A stretch of 64,000 nt of DNA from Monocercomonoides exilis PA203 (lineage: Eukaryota > Protista > Preaxostyla). The stretch covers positions 1,116,001-1,180,000 of the forward strand of contig LSRY02000005.1 in assembly GCA_001643675.2 (NCBI GenBank). The letters run 5' to 3'. The notes under the pieces were generated by a model. It was not told where the DNA came from. It saw only the letters and a program-made list of their open reading frames with translations, and did no database searches. The position numbers and the translations under genes are program-made. Positions 12,701 to 23,650 of this stretch are shown piece by piece. The stretch's first letter is position 1. Each line of letters begins with the position of its first letter.

Positions 12701-13318
12701 TATTTTGTAAATGTTTGACTTGATGAGACACATTTCATTTCGATTCTTTTTGTTCTTGTTTTTCATTTATTTTATCTAATGACAAAATAGATAATATCCA
12801 ATTTTTCGTTAATAATATCAGTTATTGAATAATCATTTCTTATGAAAGAAGTGATACTGCAATAACAAAACAACGAAAAATGAATAATAGGCAATATCGT
12901 TTTATCATTTTCGAAAATTCTTCTAACGAAAAAATCTATGAATGAATTGTTGATTTAATCTTCTTCGAAATAATCAATTATTGATTTATTCATTTTCATT
13001 TTTTCTAGTCGAATAATTATTTCTTTTCATTCAGCTTTATTTCCTCCACTTTTTTCCCTTGCATTGATATTATGATACTTCTTCCAAAACAATCCAATAA
13101 TCTTCAAAATTTCGTTTGATAATTAGGATATGAGGATGGAATTAATAAATATTGACAATAAAGGTTAAAACATCGATTGATTATTAGAATGTCTGTCAGT
13201 CTGACACCAATATACTATTTATCAAAAAATGAACAAACGTTATATAAAAAATAACAATTCATAAACCATTTTTGTCATGCGAACAAGATAAATTTTTTTT
13301 AATGCACTATTAATAAGT

Positions 13319-13586
13319 GGGGGAAATTACGGACTTTCAAGCTTTATTTGCACAAGGCATTGAAAAATTGCTTCACTCATAACTTTATTTCGCTTTCTCA
13401 GATTACAAAATAAAACTGATTTTCATATCTGTAAACAGGCATCATTGAAATCAAAACATCAAGATTACCAACATTTCACGAGTGTCAAAAAATGGACCCA
13501 TTTTTATTGTGTTTTTTGATATAAAATTGTCAATGAAAAGTGCACAATTTTTCAATGAAAATGCCTGAAGTCAAATATTTTGTCCC
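13319..13586. mobile_element. MITE family A, copy 2 (nested in the hAT-like element)
   Basis: Ends GGGGGAAATTA...TATTTTGTCCC; 4-bp TSD AAGT (13315-13318, 13587-13590). Aligns end to end with 5717-5983. Confidence 0.9.
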
Positions 13587-14592
13587 AAGTGTTCTGTTTC
13601 TTTTCATATTAAATAGTTATTCATCTCAGACTTGATCTTAAAAGTTGCTTGCAAGCACAATGAAATTAATGTTCAGCTTTCCAACAAATAAATTGCACCA
13701 ATCTTTTCTGAACGAATATATGCTTTTTCTTTGCATTTTATCGAATGAAAGATGTTCGTTTTTTATTCTTGAAATTGGACTCTCTTCTATGAAAAACAAA
13801 AATATTAATTTCTATAAAATAAATCAAACTTGTTCATATTCAGTTTCAAATATCAAAAAAATACATAATATCTTAAATTGGCATGCTCCTTGTTGCATTT
13901 TCAACTTTAAAAATAAGCAACTCAAAGAAAACAAAGATGAAAAAAGAATGATTGATCTGTTATGGGTATTTGTTATTTCAAAAAGAAACACTTGATTTCT
14001 GTTTCATTTTTTTATATTGAAAAGGAAAAAATTTTTTCTGACTTGCTATCATTTTTGACTTTGCATGAAGTCAGTGACTTGGTACGTCAATGACGTGTCA
14101 TAATTCCGATTAACGCTTATGCGTCAGTGAATACTGTGTTATTGAAAATTTGATGATCAAAAATTTCAGTTTTTTTTTCATCAAAAATTAAAAAAAAAAT
14201 AAAATACAATAATATATAAAATAATTATGTCATTATTAAAGAAAAGCAAACAAGTTTGTTTTGTCTTGTGACGTGGAAAAATCTGTCACGTCCGTCAAAA
14301 ATCGAAATGGCCACGTCAGAAGTCAGTACGTCACCCAGGGCTAAGTTGAATATCAGTAATATAACCGATAATAATAAATATTATTTCATTTGAGAAAACG
14401 ATTATTATTTTTGTTAAATTTTTATTTTGAATGCTAATAATAACAATTTGATTGCAAAATTATTCAATTGGGATAGTATTTAAAGAAAAATCACTTCTGT
14501 GAAAAGTTTTAACATAATTATGAATCATTTTTAAATTATACTAAAAATTGATCAAAAAATAACTATCTACCCTTTAATCAAAATTCATCAAA

Positions 14593-15279
14593 ATGAGTAT
14601 GGATATTGATGAAAAACAAAACGAAAAAGAAACAATAGTTTCAGGGCCAGTTCCTTCGATGGGAGTTTATGAAGCGATATCATGCAGAAGAATTATCAGA
14701 GACTTTCAGGATAAAGTTGTTCCGCCAGATGTCCTGAAAAGAATTATTGATGCTGGTTTGAAAGCCCCAACCCATGATCATTTGAGAAATTGGGAATTTG
14801 TGATACTACACGAAGAACAGGATAAAAAGAATGCGCTCCAATTCATTAAAATGGGGACGGCTCCACAATTAGAGATTTTGAAAAAAACACTTGTTGATGG
14901 AACGGCACAACAAAAAATGTATGCAATTGCGATGCCAAGGCAGTACACTATGCTTTTCAATGCGTCTCATATAATTTTACCATTCTTCAAGTCAACACCA
15001 GGGATGATGCATCCAACTTCCGCAAGCTCGTTCAATCCAATTTCTTCAATTTGGTGTGTCATCGAAAATATATTTCTTGCTGCAACTGCCGAAGGATTGG
15101 GATGCTCTATGAGGATTCCCGTTGGTGAAGAAGGAATAAATGTTGCCAAAACTGTTGGAGCTCCTGAAGAGTATTTTTTGCCATGTTATATTGGACTGGG
15201 ATATCCAGCCGAAGATTGCCCTGCTGTGGAGCAAGTCGAATGCAATACAGAACAGAAAATCCACTTTGGAAAATGGTAG
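14593..15279 (+). CDS. Nitroreductase-family FMN-dependent oxidoreductase, bacterial-type, intronless
   Basis: 228 aa with RRIIRDF, AGLKAPTHDHLRNWEFV, IENIFLAATAEGLG and IGLGYP, the canonical nitroreductase motif layout. Confidence 0.92.
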   Translation: MSMDIDEKQNEKETIVSGPVPSMGVYEAISCRRIIRDFQDKVVPPDVLKRIIDAGLKAPTHDHLRNWEFVILHEEQDKKNALQFIKMGTAPQLEILKKTLVDGTAQQKMYAIAMPRQYTMLFNASHIILPFFKSTPGMMHPTSASSFNPISSIWCVIENIFLAATAEGLGCSMRIPVGEEGINVAKTVGAPEEYFLPCYIGLGYPAEDCPAVEQVECNTEQKIHFGKW

Positions 15280-15912
15280 ATCGGATTATTGTTTGATACA
15301 ATGTTCAATGAAGTGCTTGATTTTGTATGTATTAATATTAATCACCATTTTTTTTAAAAGAGCAGAATTTTTTTTTTTTCATTTTTCAAAGAACATCATT
15401 CAACAACAACAAGCTTTTATCAAAGCTGAATCTAATCGATAATAACAATATTGCATACGTTTTGAAGAACGAACAATTAAAGAGGGCAAGGTTTAATGAT
15501 TCGTGGATTTAAAAAAAAAGGACAGACAAGGAAACAGAATTTCCTGTTTTCCGAAACTCAGTTGGTCTTAGGTCTGAAAGACCTTCCAATAATACGTGCA
15601 GCAAGAATTATCATTTATCTAAAATTATGGAAGATTATCATGAGACATCATAAATAAATAATACAATTATGCTCATTTCATTTTGCTACGAAAACGAAAA
15701 TTCCAACAGAGAAGGGAAAAGAGAATTTTTTACTGTGAAGCTCTTAAAAATACGTGGGCATTTCTTTCTTTTCTTCTTTTTTGCTAACAATAAAGATCAA
15801 ATAAAATATCTGATAATATTTGTCTCAAACTAAAAAATTAAACATTCATAAATTAAAAATACTACTAATTGGAAGAATTTAAAAAAATTTATTAAAAAAA
15901 ACACAATGACAG

Positions 15913-17034
15913 CTAAGACGAAGACGGTATCTGAAAGACAGAATCCAAATCGGAGATGAAGCAGCGAGAGGACTCGATCAATCTGATCCCTTCTGCAAGA
16001 GCCCTTACGCTTCTGCCTCTGCACTGCATCCTCACAATCCACGTTGGCATCGACTCGGAAGCATTCGACGGGGCAGCGCCAGCTTCTTCACTGACGCTGC
16101 TGCCATTGCTGCTGTTACTATTGCTATTGCTATTGCTATTGCTATTGCTGCTATTTAAATTGCTGCCGGCAAGCAACTTCTGCTGGAGATCGGCTGTTGT
16201 GCTGGATGATGCGCTGTCTATCGGATTCTGACAGAACGGAACGGAAATGTTGTCAAAGAAGAAAGACGATGCTGGAGATTCGGTTGACTGCAGCCCTACT
16301 AACATTGCCAATGAAGTACATATATAAACAAAATATATCATCAAAATATACAGATAGCATTATTCAATTTCAAAAAAAAAATATTTTTAAAAAAAATTCT
16401 GGTTAAAAATAAGAATTGTATACCAGGATTTATTGGAGCTCTTCCTGTGAATACAACCACAAACAAGTCTGAGAACCAAGTTGTGATTGCAAATCCTCTC
16501 TGAAGAATATATATAGAAATAAATAAATAAATAAATAAATAAAGAGAGAGAGAGAGAGAGAGAAATCATTGAAAACATTGATATAAGCAAGATGCATTCA
16601 GGAAAAAATGAAAGAAAATGAAAGAAAGAAATCGTACCGAAAACAAGCAATGTGTTGGCTTCTTTTGAACTGTTGATGTATTTTCTTCTTCTTCTTCTTC
16701 TTCTTCCTCCTCCTCCTCCTCTTCTTCTTCTTCCTCTTCTTCTTCCTCTTCCTCTTCCTCTTCTTCTTCTTCTTCCTCCTCTTCTTCTTCATTTTCTCGT
16801 TCCTTCTTAGCTGCGTCTCTGCTGATTTTTCTCAATCTTCTTCTTTCTTCTCTTCTTTCTTCTCTTCTTTTCATTTTTCGTTCTTCTTTCTCTTTTCTCT
16901 TCTGCTCTCTTTTCTGTCTCTTTTCCCTCCGAATTTCTTGCCGAATGATTTCTTTCCTTCGGCAGATCTCATCGCTCACACCAGCTATCATCTCTGGAAA
17001 GAGCTCATGCGCTTTTCTTTGTATTTCTTCGGCT

Positions 17035-17066
<32 letters not shown>

Positions 17067-17073
17067 TTCTTCC

Positions 17074-17108
<35 letters not shown>

Positions 17109-20100
17109 TTCTTCTTCCTCTTCTTCTTCCTCTTCCTCTTCTTCCTTTGTCTCATCCAGCTCCTTGTTAAGCTTCACAGTTTTGATAAATTCCAATTTAT
17201 TCGCTTGCTTTTTCACAATAATGACTGCTTCACACGAAGCTGGAAGCGAATTTTCAGTTAAATCAACGTTTGATGCTGCAGACTCGTTTCCATCAGCAGA
17301 AATCGCACCAGCACTGTCGCTATTGCTTCCTTCTCTTCCTTCTTTTTCTTCTTTCCCTTCTCTTCCTTCTTTTCCTTTCTCCTCTTCTCCATTTTCGTTC
17401 GCGCTAACAGCATTCACATCTCCATCTCCACATTCGTCGTCATCTTCATCTGCATTCCACCACTGCCTTTTGTGCAGCTTCATCTTCCGCTTCCTCTTCT
17501 TCCTCGCCTTCGTGTCAGCATTCAGATTCGGGTTGTTGTGCAGCCAGTTTGTGTTCGCCAGCGGCGGCAGCGAAGACGGCGGCTCCAACTTCACCTCGAA
17601 AAAGCCAAGTTTTTTAAGCGCGTTGCTCAGATGGTTGGGGAAGACAGAGACTCCTGTGCGATTGAATGGAATGGAATAGAGTGGAATGAAATACAATGAA
17701 AAAGAAAGAAAGAACAAAAGAAAGAAAGAAAGAATTTGATATGAAAGAAATGAAATTAATAATATTCAATAGTGAAATAACAATAATAATAATAGAAAGA
17801 TATATTCAGATAATAATTAAAAATGAAAAATGAAAAATTAAAAATCCAAATTTTGGTAATCACAGAAACCAACAATGTTCCTTTCTTTTCTTCAAAATAA
17901 AAAAAAATTTTTTTTCTGTTTAAACAAATAATTCCAATGCAATAAAATCACAACCATTCACCCAAAAAAACCAATCCTCCTCTTCCTCCCTCCTTCCACA
18001 CATCCCCCAGCAAACCCTTTGTAGTTGAGTGCGAGATGGGAAGTGTCGACAGAAGCGAGCGAAATGCGGGCGGGGTGACTGGCAGCGGCATAAACAGCGC
18101 CTCAGGCGGAAGGACATACGCCTCAGTGGTGAAATGCACACGGGGCAGATACACGTCACAGAACGACGGAGCTCTGGCTGCAATCGACAGGCAATTCGTC
18201 GTGTCCACCTCAAAATTCCCTTTTTTCTGCTTCGACATCTGCAACTGCCTCCTTTTCCTCTTGCTTTCTTTCACTCTTTCTTCCTCTTCTTCCTCTGTGT
18301 GCACCCTCACTCGATGCCTCTCTGTCACCACTGCCCTTTTCGCTGCCTCCAACGTCGCACAAGCAGCATGTATGCCCACCACAAACGATATCCGCGCCTG
18401 TGCCACCGCCCCACGTACCGAATACACAATGCACAGCGAGGCAGTCCCGCCCCTCGGAGCTATCAGTGGAATGGAATGGAACGCGAGCGAGGTGAAACGG
18501 CGGGAGGACGAAAAGAAAGACGGCTTGGGAGAAAGCAGAGGGGTGGAGGAGAGGCTTCGAAGGGAGACGCCGACGAAGTAAAAGGGGGTGTTGTTGGTGA
18601 GGTGGATGTGCAGCGAAAGCTGTTTTTCTCCGGGCGAGGCGACGTGAGTGCAGGAGACAGAGAGAGGGGAGGAAGAAGTGGAAGGGGTGAGCAGCTGAAG
18701 AGGGTTGGGGGAGAAGAAGGTGTGGCGCGAACAGTCGAAACGCTGCTGGCGGTAGTCAAAGGCTGTCATTTGCGAGGGCTCAGAAAGAGAGAAGGAAGAA
18801 GAAGAAGAAGAAGAGGAAGAAGAAGAAGAAGAGGACGCAGAAAGCAAAGCAGACAAAGAAAAGGAAGATGAAGACGATGCTGAAGACGAAGACGAAGAGG
18901 AAGAAGAAGAAGAAGAAGAACCATCTTTCTTCCCAGTCCTCACACCCGTCTCAAGTGCTGTGTTCTTCGTCATCTCCTGCTGCTGGATGGAGATGGCAGA
19001 CGAGGAAGAGACCGCGTGTGTCTGGGGGACGAGGTCTTCAGGGGAAGGGAGAAACGGGAAGGAGAAGGAAGAGACACGCGCAAGCACACTCTCCATTGGG
19101 TTGGTTGAGTCAAACAGAAGCAGCAGGCGGATGGCGCGAGACAGGGTGATGCGGTCGGTGAATGCCCAGTCCTGCTTCATGCAGCTCATCACCTCCTTCC
19201 GCGCGCGGTGGAGTGCTGACTCGGTTGTTGATGCTTGGTTCTTGTTGTTGTTGTTGCTGTTGTTGCTGTTATTGCCGCTGTTGCTACCTCCTTCTTTCTC
19301 TCCCTTTCCTGCTGTGGAAGTGCGTGGGAACGAGCTTGTTCCCTGTGTGAACTCAGCAAGTGAGGAAGGGGTATTGTTCGAGGAATGAGCGAGCCGTGAT
19401 GCCAGCTGGAGGACAGCTGCGTATGACAGATAGAGCAGCTGGGGTGCAGAGGAGAACGTGATCATCGACTTGCCCATGCAGCCTGTACGGAGGGCCTCGT
19501 TAAGGTCTCTCTTCCGCTTCTCCACCGACAGCCACTCTTTGATCGACGGGATGAGCACATCCAAACCAGAAGGAGGGAGATAGCGACAAGTCGCCACACC
19601 CACCAGGCGCTGGCCAAGCGACGGCAGACGCGCCAGCATCGGCAGCACCCTCATTGCAAGGGCGGGAGAGCGAGAGCCCAGAATGACTAAGGAAAGGGCG
19701 TGGGAGAAGGCGAGGGAGGTGGAAGACGAGGGCTCAGAGTGGGTGGACGTCAGGGCGAGCACGCGGATGGCAGAGGTGGTGGAGGCAGGGAGGAGGAGGG
19801 TGGAGGAATGAGGGTGGGAAGATGAGGCAGATGCAGAAGAAGAAGAAGAAGAAGATGATGATGATGATGATGTTTTCTTGTCATTCTTCGATTTATTTGA
19901 TTTAGACTTGCTATCTTTACTGCCACCACTTCCTCCTCCTCCTCCAACGCCTCCTTCTTCGTCCTCTGACTCCTCCTCGGTCTCTTCCTCCTCTTCGCTG
20001 CTGTCGCTCTCCTCTTCAAATATCTTGTTGCTAAACATTCCTCCATCCACCCCATCATCGTCTTCGTACTCTTCCTGCCCGTCCTCTCCTTCTCCTTCTC

Positions 20101-23100
20101 CTTCCTCGTCTTCTTCGTCCTCCTTCTGATTCGCCTGTGCCAGCGCCGCCGACGAAAAAGCTGCTAAAAACTCGCCAAAATGCGCTTCGTCGAATGCAGA
20201 GAAGGACAAAAGAAGGTCGCGAAACCAAAGCGAGGCGGCACCCAATGAAGCAGCACCAGACTCATATGAACTGTCCTTAGAAGAATTACTAACAGAAGAA
20301 GAAGAAGAAGAAGAAGAAGAAGAAGAAGAAGAAGAAGAAGAAGAAGGTGAAGGAGGCCCTTTCATAAGCTTCGTGGTGATCCAAGGGCGCTGTGGGAGTG
20401 GAGGTATTTTGAGCGAGCTGCAGCACTTCGGCAGGTGGAGGATCGGAGCCAGTGGGGTCGAAGCTGGCGGAAGAAGCTGCTGCGAGAACGAAGACTGTTC
20501 TTTTGTGGGCTGGCGGTAGCCAGGGATGGCATCATCGAAGTCGAAGTGGCGGAGGATGAAGAGGGCGAGGGAGCGGAGGAGTTCTGCTTTGTCTGTGCGG
20601 GAGGCGATGGACTGCGCACACACGTTCACAACAGCCACAGTCCGCACGAAGAACACGAAGTGGTTGAACGTCTTGAGCGGGTGGGGCACGATGTTGGATG
20701 AGGAAGAAGAAGAAGAAGAGGAAGAGGAAGAAGATGCAGAGGAGGAATAAGGAGAAGAAGAAGAAGCAGTTGGAGAGGAAGAAGAGGTGAGAGATGGATG
20801 GTTGTAGAAAGCAGGGTTTGGAGTGATGGTGATGTAGAACGAAGTCAAAGCTAAGAGGGAGCGGCAGCCGAGCGCCAGGGAATAAGCGGGCAGGGTGGAA
20901 ACAATGCCCAGCAGATTCAGAATCAAAGAGCGGACAAAAAATCCTGTTTGGTGCAAGTTCGACGCCAGCGCCCGGAGCAAGCGGCGCTGGGCAGCAGCCG
21001 CTGGGCAGAAAGAGTGAGCAATCAGCACATCTTCTGCAGCAACGTTGGCATCGTCGAGGCAAGCAGCTTTCTCTTTGTCGCTCTGCTGGAGAGAGGCAGC
21101 GACGGCGTGGGGGTCGAGGGAGGAGAGGAACGTGAGCACGAACTGCGCTAAAGAGAGGACGAGGAGCGCAGCGCTTGCAGAGGCGCCCTGGCTGACACTC
21201 ACAAACGGCTGCAGATGGGCGAACATGGCGTGGATGAGGTCAAAGGACGACGGGTGGAGAGGGAGCAAGGCAACAGACAGCATCGACGAGGGAGTGGGCG
21301 GGCGGGTGCTTGGCAGAGGGACAGAGTCAAGAGCGATCAAGTCGACGTCTTCTTCTTCTTCCAATCCCGCTGCAATGCGCTGTGCTTTCCGCAGTGCCTC
21401 TCGTTCTTCCTTCCTCTTTTGCGCCTCGTCGGCCTCCTTCTGCTGCATCATGGCGCTGTCGTTGGCGTCGAACTGCTGCTGGATCTTCTCCACCAGCACA
21501 GCCATCACACTCGATAGCAGACGCACCACACAGATACGCTCAGCAGGGAGAGCAAATGAAGACAAGGAGACGAGGGCCTCCAGTGCATTGAAGGAAGAAT
21601 CAAAGGAATTCAGTGAGCTAATTTGAGTATTATTATTATTATAATCTGAATTTCCCTTCTTTTGCGCATCTAATTGTTGTGTCTTCTGCTTCAGTCGGAG
21701 GTCTTCCTGTGTGGATATCCACTCACACAGGAGAGGGCGGTATGTCTTTGAAGAGCTCCACAGCGACAGGAAGGAGAAGAGAGAGGAGACATATCGCGAA
21801 AAGGAAGGGTGGTTTGAGGAAAAGGAAGAAGAAGAAGAAGAAGAAGAAGAAGATGATGATGATGATGATGGAGGAATCAAAGAAGAGTCGACGAAAGAAG
21901 CAGGATTGGAAAGAATGGCTGAAGGAGAAGCGATGGCAGAGGGAGTCATGAAGTGGAATGAAGGCGCGGCTGACGAGGCAGGAGATGTGGTTGGAATGAC
22001 ATTGTCAGACGCTGCGGATGAGAGAGCAGAAAAATTGCTATTGTAAGGAGTAACAGAAGAAGAAGAAGAAGAAGAAGAAGTTGTTGTTGTTGTTGCAGAA
22101 GAAGGCAAAGCTTTCGAACCCATCCGTTGCATTGCTGTCTGCGGTGTCATGATAGTCAATGACTGGGCAGTCGGAGAGAGAGGCTGCGCGGACGCTGTTC
22201 GGGGAATGTTGAAAGACGATTGAGAATGGCTGAACTGCTGGGATGACAGCAGCGATGGACTTGGAGCTCCAAATCCGCTTGGCGTAACAGTCCGTGTATG
22301 CGGAGTTGCTGGGCTTGGAGTCGGAGGAGACGGAGTCGGCTTACGTGCAGACGCATCTGAGATTCGCGATTGATCATCGCCATTTGTTGGCGTTGATGCT
22401 TTTGGTGGCTGAGTTGGTGTTGTGGAAAAACTGGAAAAAAATGATGGGGGCTGAGATGTTGGAGTCGAAACACGCTGCATTTGAGCGGATTGCGGAGGCG
22501 GTGTAGTTTGCTTTGGTGCTTGAGTCTGCTTTTGAGGCAATATAAGCTGAGAGCCGTATGGTATAGCTGGCCTAAATGATTTATACGGTTCTGAAGGATG
22601 TATCAAAGCTAGGTGCATTTCAAGAACAGGAATAAAATCTAGAAGCATAGAAGATACAAATTCATCCCACTAAACATCAAACGCAATAACTTTTGAAAGC
22701 ATCCAAAGAAAAAAAAGACAAACTTGTGGATTCCAAAGAAAAGTTTGAGATGAATTGTGAGTATGCTTGCTGTTTTCAACAAACGATTTCATTAAATCAA
22801 TAATTGATATCCAAATTGGATAAGCAACTTCCCATTTTACAGTGCTTGTGCGATATATTTCACCATCATCGCGAGTAACAACATTTGTTTGAAAAGTACT
22901 GCCATTTGTAAACAGTGCGTATAACTTTTTTCTTAAACTCTTCGTTGGATGAAGTAAGAACTGTAATTATTCAAAAACATGAATTTGAAAGAATTCATGA
23001 AATATCCAAAAGAGAAAGATTCACACAATTAGAGTCTCTGTATCAATTTTTTTCAATGATTCAACTGCTTTGACAACGTCATCGCACTTTGTTGACGATA

Positions 23101-23134
23101 ACCTTTTGGCGAACACAGAACCTAAGTCCGTCAT
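15913..23134 (-). CDS. Beta-adaptin/beta-COP superfamily large subunit, best resembling TPLATE (TSET complex); 6 exons (about 23134-23027, 22960-22724, 22669-18016, 17653-16638, 16499-16424, 16295-15913)
   Basis: All GT-AG junctions keep the frame. Helical N-terminus (LLHPTKSLRKKLY). The appendage region LLTPSTSSSPLSVSCTH..LSLHIHLTNNT, YVLPPEALFMPLPVTPPAFRSLLSTLP, AITTWFSDLFVVVFTG and WIVRMQCRG parallels TPLATE appendage motifs as I recall them. Many poly-S and poly-E inserts. Confidence 0.6.
16683..17145. repeat. Two coding (TTC/CTC)n microsatellite tracts giving poly-Glu on the minus strand
   Basis: Trinucleotide arrays at about 16683-16790 and 17033-17145. Confidence 0.9.
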
Positions 23135-23650
23135 TGAGCAGTGAATAATCCAAAAAAAGTTAGTTCAAGCAACTATGGTCTTCCATGATCAAACATGCTT
23201 CAAAATTTTTTGTACACGTTACAGTTAAATAATCATTTCAAATATATTTTAAGTTTTCATAAATTAAAAATTTTTGATTTCATCTATTTGATAATTTGGT
23301 TTATTATTCATTCAAGAAATTTTGTAAGTAAATTATCGGGGAAAAAAAATACTCAAAAATGTACAACAAAAAACACATTGTGACGTGTCATAATAGAAGC
23401 ATAATTATAAAGCATTTTCCGAAAAAACACTTGTAAATCAAACAAAAATTTGAGTGATATGAAATGTAATGATTCATTTATATTTGCCAACAAAAATGTT
23501 TGCAGAATATATAAAGCAACTGAAAAAAAAACTATCTTAAAACATTCAGTCAAAACACATAAGAACAACTGCGACTATGTAAAAATACAATTTAACAAAT
23601 TTATTTATATACTTTTGGATTCAATTTTATCTTTTAAATAAAATATTCCT

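Larger units (their letters stand above)
10903..14343. mobile_element. 3.44-kb non-autonomous TIR element with 8-bp TSD (hAT-like), carrying cargo
   Basis: TIR AAGCCCTGGGTGACGT / ACGTCACCCAGGGCTA. AGTTGAAT is duplicated at 10895-10902 and 14344-14351. Subterminal TGACGT/ACGTCA motifs are dense at 14075-14340. Confidence 0.85.

Noticed and set aside
16938-22506. Many plus-strand ORFs overlapping the adaptin-like gene
   Set aside because: Antisense shadows of GC-rich, trinucleotide-repeat coding sequence with no domain signal.
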